43,498 bases of DNA from Pirellulaceae bacterium (GTDB lineage Bacteria > Planctomycetota > Planctomycetia > Pirellulales > Pirellulaceae). The first letter of the stretch is position 1, and every line of letters starts with the position of its first letter. The stretch covers positions 1-43,498 of the forward strand of contig JBGTKH010000387.1 of NCBI GenBank assembly GCA_041744735.1. The letters run 5' to 3'. The notes beneath the pieces were generated by a model. The model did not search any database. It saw nothing but the letters and a program-made list of their open reading frames with translations, and was not told the DNA's origin. Positions 7,941-16,461 of this stretch are shown in pieces. Position numbers and translations under genes: made by a program.

Positions 7941-9743
7941 TTGAAAGGCCGATGTCTTCATCGCGTTTGGTTGGCCGCACTCGGTCTGATGTTGTACAGT
8001 GCGACGGGCTGCGAACCGGCGCCTGCTTTGATCGAGGAAGAGCGAGTTCGCGCGTCTGCGGCGGCTGGCACGACAGGAGCACCGTTGCCGCCGAAGCGGC
8101 GCGATGCGCCGCTGCCGTATACTCTTCCTCCTCGAAATCCTCCCCGTCCGGCACGGGACGATGATTGGTTTGAGGAGATGACGAGCCAGTCTCAAATCGA
8201 CTTTGCTTATCGCGACGGCAGCGAGGCGGGATTCTACACGCTCTTGGAAACGGTCGGCGGCGGCGTGGCGATGTTGGACTTCGATCAAGACGGCGATCTG
8301 GATTTATTCTTCACGGGCGGTGGAAAGATGACCGGCCCGCCGCTGAAGGTTGTGGGCTTGCCATCGGCTCTATATCGCAACGACGGCGATTGGCGATTCT
8401 CGGATGTTTCTGAATCAACGGACATCGGTGACGAGGGGTTTTACTCGCACGGCGTTGCGGTCGGCGATTACAATCGCGACGGCTATCCCGATCTGTTGGT
8501 GACCGGGTTCATGGGCAGCCGGCTGTATCGAAACGAACAGGGCGAGCGATTCGTCAACGTGACCAACGAGGCCGGCATCGTCACTGATCGCTGGGCCACG
8601 GCCGCGGCGTGGGCGGACGTGGACCGTGATGGTTACTTGGATTTATACGTGGCGACCTATTGTCGTTGGCGGCCGGAGGACAACGTCGTCTGCACGCAAC
8701 CGACGGCGGACGGCGGTGAGATGCGCGAACCGTGTGCACCCGGAAAGTATCCCGGCGACCGCGACTATCTGTGGCGAAATCGGGGCGACGGGACGTTCGA
8801 AGACATCACGCAGGCCGCCGGAATCACGGCCGAACATCGCGGGTTGGGCGTGGTGACAGCCGACTTCGACGATGACGGGTGGACCGACATCTATGTGGCC
8901 AATGACGTGGACGAGAACGATCTGTATTTCGGCGGCCCCAATGGAAACTTCACAAACGAGGCGCTGCTGGCCGGTGTGGCGTTTTCGCCCGCCGGTCTGG
9001 CCGAAGGTTCGATGGGCGTGGACGTCGGCGACGTGGACGGCGATGGCCGCATCGATCTCTTTTACACAAATTTCGTCGGTCAAGACAATTCGCTTTACCG
9101 CCGCATCGGTCCGCGTACTTTCTTGAACGCTGCGGACCAATACGGTATTTTGGGCGTGTCGCGCCAATGGGTTGGCTTCGGCACGGGACTGGCCGATTTC
9201 GACGGCGATGGATGGCAAGACGTGTTCGTTGCCAACGGTCACGTTTTCTACGGCTCGAAGAACAGCCCGTACTTTCAACCACAACAGTTGCTGAGGAATC
9301 TTGACGGTCGAAAGTTTCAAGATATTAGCGAATTCGGCGGGCCGTACTTCAGCGTGCACCGCGCTGCGCGAGGCAACGCCATCGGAGATTTGGATAACGA
9401 CGGGGCGCTCGATTTGGTCGTCGTTCATCAGAACGAACCAGTCGTGCTGTTGCGTAACCGCCGGCCGGTTAGCCGTTGGATTCGCTTGCAACTGCGCGGC
9501 ACGACGTCGAATCCCGCTGCGATCGGGGCGAAGATCACGGCGCCGTTTGGCGATCGCGTGTTGACACGCTGGGTGCGTAGCGGCGCGGGATACCTTTCGC
9601 AATCGGACGCGCGGATTGTGCTGCCCATGGCGGACCACACGCCGGTGTCTGTTACGGTCTACTGGCCGGCAGGATCTATGGAGATTTTTCAGGGACTGAC
9701 CGAGAATCAAACGCATGTCCTCGTCGAAGGCGAAGGCCAATAA
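7941..9743 (+). CDS. CRTAC1-family FG-GAP/VCBS repeat lipoprotein with ASPIC/UnbV C-terminal domain
   Basis: Repeated DxDxDGxxD loops (DFDQDGDLDLFF, GDYNRDGYPDLLV, ADVDRDGYLDLYV, ADFDDDGWTDIYV, GDVDGDGRIDLFY, ADFDGDGWQDVFV, GDLDNDGALDLVV). UnbV-like C-terminus (AIGAKITAPFGDRVLTRWVRSGAGYLSQSD). The ORF is open from TTG 7872. TTG 7941 would give a lipoprotein signal (MKGRCLHRVWLAALGLMLYSATGC). The start is uncertain. Confidence 0.85.
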   Translation: MKGRCLHRVWLAALGLMLYSATGCEPAPALIEEERVRASAAAGTTGAPLPPKRRDAPLPYTLPPRNPPRPARDDDWFEEMTSQSQIDFAYRDGSEAGFYTLLETVGGGVAMLDFDQDGDLDLFFTGGGKMTGPPLKVVGLPSALYRNDGDWRFSDVSESTDIGDEGFYSHGVAVGDYNRDGYPDLLVTGFMGSRLYRNEQGERFVNVTNEAGIVTDRWATAAAWADVDRDGYLDLYVATYCRWRPEDNVVCTQPTADGGEMREPCAPGKYPGDRDYLWRNRGDGTFEDITQAAGITAEHRGLGVVTADFDDDGWTDIYVANDVDENDLYFGGPNGNFTNEALLAGVAFSPAGLAEGSMGVDVGDVDGDGRIDLFYTNFVGQDNSLYRRIGPRTFLNAADQYGILGVSRQWVGFGTGLADFDGDGWQDVFVANGHVFYGSKNSPYFQPQQLLRNLDGRKFQDISEFGGPYFSVHRAARGNAIGDLDNDGALDLVVVHQNEPVVLLRNRRPVSRWIRLQLRGTTSNPAAIGAKITAPFGDRVLTRWVRSGAGYLSQSDARIVLPMADHTPVSVTVYWPAGSMEIFQGLTENQTHVLVEGEGQ

Positions 9744-10875
9744 GAGACGCCGGCAGCAACGAACTGAGACACCGGTTCGTCGTCGCTGGCTGTTGTTCGC
9801 GAGCCTAGCGGTTGCTGTGGCCGCCGCGCTGGTGCTGCGCGCTTACTGGCTGTTTACGACGCCGAACGTGGACTCGCTGCTCGACGACGCGCGAACCGCG
9901 CTTCACACAGCGCTTGAAGAATCCGAGCCGGCACGACGCCTCGCGCTGGCTCGCACGGCCGAACAAGCCAGCCGCACGTATCTCGTCGAAGGCGGCGCCG
10001 ATGAACACAATGCGGCATTGCTGTGGTGTGCTGCGTTGTTCGTCGAACGGGCGACCACTGGCCAGGCGTTGACAGATGAAGAAGTCGCGAAGATCGACGG
10101 TCTGTTCGAGCACATCGTACTCGCGCAAACCTCGACCAAAGATTTGTTGACCGCCACGCTGGCCTGCGCTCAAACGGGCGAACAGCACGTCGGCGGCCAA
10201 TTGGCTAACGAGTTGAGTCGCCGGGGCGAGCCTCGCGTCGACATTCTGAAGACGACGGCCATGTTTCGCATGAAGGTGGGGCAAGTCGACAATGCAGTCG
10301 ACCTCTGCCGAGAGCTTGTACACGTTGAGCCAGACGATCCGTTCGCGTGGGAAATGTTAGCCACAGTTTATGAACGTCGCGGGCACCGGCTGCAGCTTAT
10401 CGACATTTACGGGCGATTGATCGAGATCTTGCCCAAAGGCAGCGAGGAGTATCGGCGACGATTGGTGTTGCGGCATATCGAGATTGGCGATGTTGCACGG
10501 GCCCGCGCAGAATACGATACATTGCGATCCACGGCAGCGCATTTGGCGCAACAGCACCCGCTGATGGAGACCGAATTACTGCTGCTCGAAGGCCACACGA
10601 CACAGTCACTCGAGCGGCTAGACAAGATCCTGAGCAGCAATCCGGATGACTTCGATGCGCTAGTGATGATGGGACGAGTGCTGACAGCAGAGAATCGCTC
10701 CGACGACGCCATCAAGTTATTGAATCGGGCCGTGAATATCGACGAGGCCGACGCAGAGGCTCACTATCTACTGTCTCAGGCGTACACAGTCAGCGGCGAT
10801 TCAGAGCGCGGCAAGCATCATGCCACGATTTGCCAGCGGCTGCGATCCGGCGTAAAGAACGGAGATGCAAAATGA
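9715..10875 (+). CDS. membrane-anchored tetratricopeptide (TPR) repeat protein
   Basis: Basic N-terminus followed by a TM helix (WLLFASLAVAVAAALVL), then TPR-like helical repeats (AWEMLATVYERRGH..., AEAHYLLSQAYTVSGD). It overlaps both neighbouring CRTAC1 genes. Confidence 0.75.
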   Translation: MSSSKAKANKRRRQQRTETPVRRRWLLFASLAVAVAAALVLRAYWLFTTPNVDSLLDDARTALHTALEESEPARRLALARTAEQASRTYLVEGGADEHNAALLWCAALFVERATTGQALTDEEVAKIDGLFEHIVLAQTSTKDLLTATLACAQTGEQHVGGQLANELSRRGEPRVDILKTTAMFRMKVGQVDNAVDLCRELVHVEPDDPFAWEMLATVYERRGHRLQLIDIYGRLIEILPKGSEEYRRRLVLRHIEIGDVARARAEYDTLRSTAAHLAQQHPLMETELLLLEGHTTQSLERLDKILSSNPDDFDALVMMGRVLTAENRSDDAIKLLNRAVNIDEADAEAHYLLSQAYTVSGDSERGKHHATICQRLRSGVKNGDAK

Positions 10876-13376
10876 TGTGGGACAAAATCATGTCAGAGCA
10901 AGCTACCAAAGTAGCCGAAGTCGTGCGACTTCGGTCGCCGGGCAACGTCGGCAATTTCCGAACTCTCACGAGTTCGGCTACGAAGATTCCCTACGGAACG
11001 CTGTGTTTCAAATATCTAGAACATTTTCGTGCCAGCTTGATCATCTTGGCCACTTGCTTGGCAATCAGCGGTTGCGATTCGGGGCCGGCGCCGATGCCGA
11101 CGGTGGATTCTCCGCTGATCGTTTCACAATCCGCGACCGCGCCTAGGGCCGAGCCTGCCCTCAGCGGCCACGAGCGCATGAAGGCGGTCCTGCGGGACAT
11201 TGCCGACGCCACGCCCGAGCAACATCCATTCCTAGGAATGAAGCGGGCTGTGGATCTGAGCAATCACGTTCACGAGGTCGAGGTGTTTTACGGCACGCAG
11301 ATTCCGGCCGACTATCGCTCGTGGCACATGTACTACACGTCCGGCAAAGCGGAAGTGCGGCTGGGAAATCTCGAAGCGGGCATCGAGCGATTAAAGATGG
11401 CTCTCTCGCTGGCTTCGCAGTTTGACTTCAATGAAGATCCGATCGCGCTGTCGAACCCAGCTTCGCCCGCGGAAGGCGACTTGAATCAACATTACCGCAA
11501 CCAAACGCGATTCTATTTGGCCGTTGCCCAATTGCGTTTGGCCGAGACGCAGAACTGTTGTGCTCAGAACAACGCCGAGAGTTGTATCGTGCCGATTCGC
11601 GGCCGCGGGCTGCACACGCGTAAGGAAGGATCGCGGGAAGCGATGCGGTACTTCCTCGAAATCCTCCGCGACGCGCCGCAAGACGCCGACACACACACGA
11701 CCGTCGAAGTGATCGAAGCGTCTCGTTGGCTGCTAAACGTGGCGTGCATGACGCTGGGCGAATGGCCCGACGGCGTGCCGGAGGAATATCGCGTCTCGCC
11801 CGATTTCTTCGCGTCGCCCGAAGGATTTCCGCGATTCAACAACGTCATGCCCGATTTGCAGCTTGATACGTTCAACCTCTGCGGCGGCGCGATTGTGGAC
11901 GATTTCGACGGCGACGGGTATTTGGACATCGTCACTTCCACGTGGGACACGCAGGGCTCGATGAAGTACTTTCACAACAACGCCGATGGTTCGTTCGAGG
12001 ACCGTACCAAGCAATCGCAACTTGGCGACTTCTTCGGCGGCTTGAACATGGTACAGGCCGATTACGACAACGACGGTGACACCGATATCTTTGTGTTGCG
12101 AGGCGCCTGGCTGCAAGACTACGGGCGGCATCCGAATTCGCTGCTGCAAAACGACGGCCGCGGCGTTTTCACGGACATGACGTTCGAGGCCGGTTTGGGC
12201 GAGGTGCATTATCCGACAAAGACCGCCGCTTGGGCCGACTATGACAACGACGGTGACCTCGACCTGTTCGTGGGAAATGAATCCACCACGAAACTTCGCG
12301 CACCGAATCAACTGTTTCGTAACGAAGGCAACGGCAAGTTCACGGATGTGGCCGAGCAGGCCGGGTTGGGCGAACCGCTGTTTTCGATGGGCACGGTGTG
12401 GGGCGACTTTGACAACGATCGTTTCCCCGATTTATATGTGGCGACCGGGTTCACTAACCCGCTGTTCGCGCTGGAAGGTGGCGGGCCGAACCGCTTGTAC
12501 CGCAACAACGGCAAGGGCCAGTTTACGGACGTCGCGGAGGAGTTGAAGGTGACCAAACCTCTGGCCGCGTTTCCCACGTGGTTTTGGGATTTCAACAACG
12601 ACGGGGCGCTGGACATTTACGTGGGATGTTCGTCGGGGCCCGTCGGTGTACTCGTGTCCAAACATCGTTTCGGGTTGAATCATCTCTATCAAGGCGACGG
12701 CGCGGGCCGATTCACCGATGTGACCGAGTCGGTCGAGCTGACCTATCCCGCTCAGCCGATGGGCGCGAACTACGGCGATTTGAATGGCGACGGCTTCCCC
12801 GATTTCTATCTCGGCACGGGCAACGTCGAGTATTCCGAGCTGCAGCCGAACGTGATGTTTTTGAACGACGGGGGAAAGCGATTTGTCAACGTGACGTACG
12901 CTGGCGGCTTCGGCCATTTGCAGAAAGGGCACGGCGTGTCGTTCGCCGATTTGGATAATGACGGTGATCAAGACGTGTATGTACAATTGGGCGGCGCGTG
13001 GCCGGGCGACAAGTACTATGACGCCCTGTTCGAGAACCCCGGTTTCGGCAACCATTGGATCACAATCAAGCTGGAAGGCCGCCAAAGCAACCGCTCGGCC
13101 ATCGGCGCCCGCATCCGCGCCGATATTCAAGAGAACGGCGCCACGCGCAGCGTCTACAAATGGGTCAACAGCGGCGGCAGCTTCGGCGGCAACCCGCTAC
13201 GCCAAACCCTCGGCCTAGGCCAAGCCGAGCGAATACAGCGCCTGGAAATCTACTGGCCAACAAGCGATCTGACGCAAACGTTTGAAGACGTGGCAGTCGA
13301 CCAGTTCATTCACGTCGTTGAAGGTGAAGAACGCATTTCGACCATTGACCTGAAAACGTTCAAGCTCGGAAAGTAG
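10872..13376 (+). CDS. CRTAC1-family FG-GAP/VCBS repeat lipoprotein with ASPIC/UnbV C-terminal domain (second copy)
   Basis: Lipobox-like LATCLAISGC. Repeats DDFDGDGYLDIV, ADYDNDGDTDIFV, ADYDNDGDLDLFV, GDFDNDRFPDLYV, WDFNNDGALDIYV, GDLNGDGFPDFYL, ADLDNDGDQDVYV. UnbV-like tail (AIGARIRADIQ...VNSGGSFGGNP). The ATG at 10872 overlaps the TPR stop (ATGA). The ORF is open from 10830. Confidence 0.85.
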   Translation: MMWDKIMSEQATKVAEVVRLRSPGNVGNFRTLTSSATKIPYGTLCFKYLEHFRASLIILATCLAISGCDSGPAPMPTVDSPLIVSQSATAPRAEPALSGHERMKAVLRDIADATPEQHPFLGMKRAVDLSNHVHEVEVFYGTQIPADYRSWHMYYTSGKAEVRLGNLEAGIERLKMALSLASQFDFNEDPIALSNPASPAEGDLNQHYRNQTRFYLAVAQLRLAETQNCCAQNNAESCIVPIRGRGLHTRKEGSREAMRYFLEILRDAPQDADTHTTVEVIEASRWLLNVACMTLGEWPDGVPEEYRVSPDFFASPEGFPRFNNVMPDLQLDTFNLCGGAIVDDFDGDGYLDIVTSTWDTQGSMKYFHNNADGSFEDRTKQSQLGDFFGGLNMVQADYDNDGDTDIFVLRGAWLQDYGRHPNSLLQNDGRGVFTDMTFEAGLGEVHYPTKTAAWADYDNDGDLDLFVGNESTTKLRAPNQLFRNEGNGKFTDVAEQAGLGEPLFSMGTVWGDFDNDRFPDLYVATGFTNPLFALEGGGPNRLYRNNGKGQFTDVAEELKVTKPLAAFPTWFWDFNNDGALDIYVGCSSGPVGVLVSKHRFGLNHLYQGDGAGRFTDVTESVELTYPAQPMGANYGDLNGDGFPDFYLGTGNVEYSELQPNVMFLNDGGKRFVNVTYAGGFGHLQKGHGVSFADLDNDGDQDVYVQLGGAWPGDKYYDALFENPGFGNHWITIKLEGRQSNRSAIGARIRADIQENGATRSVYKWVNSGGSFGGNPLRQTLGLGQAERIQRLEIYWPTSDLTQTFEDVAVDQFIHVVEGEERISTIDLKTFKLGK

Positions 13377-13462
13377 CGACCGCGCTTCTTCTTCTCGTCC
13401 CATCCGTCACATGATAAATTGATAGCGGCTAAGGGACGCACGTCTTTTGCAGGAGCAATACC

Positions 13463-13663
13463 ATGAGCGAATCATCGGTTGAAGAACGGCTGGACTCATT
13501 GGAGCGTGAAGTTACTCGCCTGAAACTTCGGGCGAAAGGGCTGCAGCCGATGGACAAGTGGATCAGTGCGATCACTGGAACCGCCCAGAACGACCCGGTT
13601 TACGAAGAAATTTGCCGGCTGGGAAAAGAGATGCGTGATGCCGAACAACCACCAGAGGAATAG
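13463..13663 (+). CDS. putative type II antitoxin (partner of the downstream PIN toxin)
   Basis: 66-aa coiled-coil-like ORF that ends 2 nt before the VapC-like start. Assigned by position and size only. Confidence 0.55.
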   Translation: MSESSVEERLDSLEREVTRLKLRAKGLQPMDKWISAITGTAQNDPVYEEICRLGKEMRDAEQPPEE

Positions 13664-13665
13664 GG

Positions 13666-14088
13666 ATGTATCTGTTCGACACCGATTACCTTAGCCTCCT
13701 CAAGCGTCAAGCCGGCGTCGAATACCAGCGGCTATCTCAGCGTCTTGCTGGTCTACCGGAAGACGACTTCTTCGTCAGCATTATCTCGTTTCACGAACAA
13801 GTGCGTGGCTGGCAGAGCTACATCGCCAAGGCGAGAGATGAACGTGGGGCGATGCGTGGTTACGACGAACTTGAGAAACTGCTAAACGACTATGCCCAGG
13901 CTCAAGTGCTTCCCTACGACGAAGCCGCCACAGACCTGTTCGACGATCTGCGTAAGCAGAAGATCCGTGTCGGGACGATGGATCTCAGAATCGCGGCCAT
14001 TGCGATTTCCAACAACTTGACCCTGCTGACGCGAAATACCGTCGATTTCAAACGCGTGCCGGGCTTGACGTATGAGGATTGGACCTAA
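13666..14088 (+). CDS. vapC: PIN-domain ribonuclease toxin, VapC family
   Basis: MYLFDTDYLS (N-terminal acidic Asp), SFHEQ (Glu), GTMDLRIAAIAISNNLTLLTRNTVDF (third and fourth acidic positions). 140 aa, the typical size. Confidence 0.8.
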   Translation: MYLFDTDYLSLLKRQAGVEYQRLSQRLAGLPEDDFFVSIISFHEQVRGWQSYIAKARDERGAMRGYDELEKLLNDYAQAQVLPYDEAATDLFDDLRKQKIRVGTMDLRIAAIAISNNLTLLTRNTVDFKRVPGLTYEDWT

Positions 14089-14311
14089 TTGGCAACGCCG
14101 AACGCGAATTGGCTTCGGCGATAAGAATGAGAAGGATCCGGGTCAATGACTTTCACCGATTGGTTCTTCGGGCAGTCCCTCGTCGGTTCGGCGGTGCGGG
14201 CAGAGCATCAGCCAACGTCGGTTCGAGACAACTCAGAACTGGGCCAATCTTCCGAAAATCTTGAAAACTTGATAACCTCTTTACAAAACCATCGAGATTG
14301 TCGGGGACGCC

Positions 14312-15505
14312 ATGCCGAAACAATTCAGCCAAAATCAACGAACGTTCGCCTCGCTTTTTTGTGGCTGCGGTGGATTTGATTTGGGGTTCCACGATGCTGG
14401 CTTTCGAGATGTAGGTGCATTCGACAACGATCTTGCGGCGATTGAGGTCTACAACGAAAACCAGCGCGGTCGGGCATCCTTGTACGATCTTTCTTCCGGC
14501 ACTTTGTCGTCGTCAACGAACCCCGATGTCGTATTGGCCGGGCCGCCGTGCCAAGGGTTCTCAACGTTAGGGAAGCGCAAGTTTGCTGATCCACGTAATG
14601 TGCTATTCGTAGCGGCGGCCAAGATAGCGGTTAGTCTCGGTCCACGTGTGATCGCAATTGAGAACGTCACTGGAGTCTTGTCAGGTAGCTTGGCGTCTCA
14701 CTTTGCCACCGCCCGCGAAACGCTGAAAGACGCCGGATATGAGACGCGTGTATGTAACGTGAGCGCGAAAGACTTTGGATTGCCACAAATTCGGCGAAGA
14801 GTCATCCTTTTAGCTGCCAGGGAATCACTTGACTCGGTGGAACTTCCGATTGCCAGTAATCCTCGCTCGCTGGGCGATGTTTTGTCAAAGTGCTGTGGCA
14901 CGAATCACGAACCAATTCAGTTGAAAAATAACTCAGACGAAATGCGTATCGCGCGGAGCATCGGGCAAAACCAGAAGCTTTGCAATGTTCGCGGCGGCGA
15001 GCGTGCAGTACCAACATGGGAAATCCCTGAAGTCTTCGGACAAGTTTCGAAGCGCGAAGTACAACTGCTTGAACTCATCCGTCGGCTTCGCCGTCAAATC
15101 CGTCGGCGTCCCAATGGTGATGCGGACCCTGTCTCTGTAAGAGATATTCGTGAACGGGTTCAATGGAGCCCGTGCGCTGCACTGGCCAAGTTGGAACGCA
15201 AGGGGTATCTGCGACGCATCGAAGGGCGATACGATTTTACCCACGCATTCAACGGCAAGTATCGCCGCCTCTCACTGGCGCACGATTCACCGGCGGTCGA
15301 TACACGATTTGGCCAGCCGCGATATTTTATTCATCCGGAGGAACATCGTGGCTTGTCTGTGCGTGAAGCGGCGCGCATCCAAGGTTTTCCCGATTCGTTC
15401 CGTTTCAGTGGCACGCTTCAAGAACAATACCGCCTCGTTGGAAACGCCGTACCACCACCAATCGGGTATTGGCTCGCGAAGCAGATCAAGGAAAAGCTGT
15501 TATGA
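14312..15505 (+). CDS. dcm: DNA (cytosine-5)-methyltransferase
   Basis: All diagnostic C5-MTase motifs are present in order: I FASLFCGCGGFDLGF, IV GPPCQGFS, VI ENV, VIII QIRRRV, IX RGLSVREAARIQGFPD, X GNAVPPP. A variable target-recognition region of about 150 aa lies between VIII and IX. Confidence 0.93.
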   Translation: MPKQFSQNQRTFASLFCGCGGFDLGFHDAGFRDVGAFDNDLAAIEVYNENQRGRASLYDLSSGTLSSSTNPDVVLAGPPCQGFSTLGKRKFADPRNVLFVAAAKIAVSLGPRVIAIENVTGVLSGSLASHFATARETLKDAGYETRVCNVSAKDFGLPQIRRRVILLAARESLDSVELPIASNPRSLGDVLSKCCGTNHEPIQLKNNSDEMRIARSIGQNQKLCNVRGGERAVPTWEIPEVFGQVSKREVQLLELIRRLRRQIRRRPNGDADPVSVRDIRERVQWSPCAALAKLERKGYLRRIEGRYDFTHAFNGKYRRLSLAHDSPAVDTRFGQPRYFIHPEEHRGLSVREAARIQGFPDSFRFSGTLQEQYRLVGNAVPPPIGYWLAKQIKEKLL

Positions 15506-16461
15506 ACGTCGATGAGTTGGTAGCTGCGTGGGCGCTCGGTACAGGGCCGTCGACAAAGCTGCGCGCCAACGAGCGACTGATTCGATTCCTCGGCGAATGG
15601 CTCTTCCCCGATTATCAGCCGTTCCCGGAGAAGGCGGAATTTTGGGAACGTCTGTTTGTCTGGCTCGACCACATTGGGCCGTGCGATTCGCGAAGCGAAG
15701 ACCAACGCGCTATGTTCGACTTCGTGCCGCACCTCTTATTTGCTGCGGAGCGGGACCTGACGTCAATGTATCGGGCGGCGTATGACGGCCCGATTCGCCG
15801 TTGGCTTATTGACCAAGGCAACTTAATGCTTGACAGCTCCGACTTGGATTCAGACCTACAACACCTGCGCAAAGATACCTGGTTCGGTAGTCTCGCCGGA
15901 ATGGATATCGCCGGATTTTGCCGCGTCAACCGTATCTTTCCGCAAAGCTACCGGCCGGAATTTCGGTTTATTGCCAAGTTCTGTGATCCTGCGGAGATCA
16001 AAGCTTGGTTGCAGTCAGAAGGCTACAAACGAATCATCGTTGTCGAGGACATGGTGGGCACGGGCGAACAGTTCGAGGAAGCGCTGCCGGCACTTCGCGG
16101 TGTTGGTGGCACGGACGCAATCAATGTCCTGTTCGTTCCATTGTTCATTCCACCACAGGGATTCGAATTCATTTGCGAGCAACTCGAGAAACTGGATCAT
16201 CAGCACATCACCTGCCACCCAATGATTGTTTTGCCTGAATCGGTGTTGATTCGCCGGGACGCCCACGAAGATGAATCCGACGACATTGCGAGATTCCGTG
16301 ATGTAATTCTGCGTCACGGGCACGGAGACTTTGGGTTGGGCGACAACTACGGGACGCTTATTTTGAGCTTCTTGAATTGTCCGGACAATGTACCGCCAAT
16401 TGTACACTCACCAGCCGAGACGGCGTTGTTTCCGCGTGCGTCGAGAGAGGGAACACTGTGA
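15502..16461 (+). CDS. hypothetical protein with phosphoribosyltransferase (PRTase)-like PRPP-loop motif
   Basis: The ATG at 15502 overlaps the MTase TGA (ATGA). KRIIVVEDMVGTGEQF matches 11 of 13 positions of the classical PRPP-binding signature (four hydrophobics, then [DE]-D-x-x-x-T-G). No other family features recognised. Confidence 0.6.
   Translation: MNVDELVAAWALGTGPSTKLRANERLIRFLGEWLFPDYQPFPEKAEFWERLFVWLDHIGPCDSRSEDQRAMFDFVPHLLFAAERDLTSMYRAAYDGPIRRWLIDQGNLMLDSSDLDSDLQHLRKDTWFGSLAGMDIAGFCRVNRIFPQSYRPEFRFIAKFCDPAEIKAWLQSEGYKRIIVVEDMVGTGEQFEEALPALRGVGGTDAINVLFVPLFIPPQGFEFICEQLEKLDHQHITCHPMIVLPESVLIRRDAHEDESDDIARFRDVILRHGHGDFGLGDNYGTLILSFLNCPDNVPPIVHSPAETALFPRASREGTL

Noticed and set aside
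8643-9740. 365-aa minus-strand ORF (similar cases at 11733..12311 and 12432..13130)
   Set aside because: These lie antisense to the CRTAC1 genes, whose repeats are unmistakable on the plus strand.
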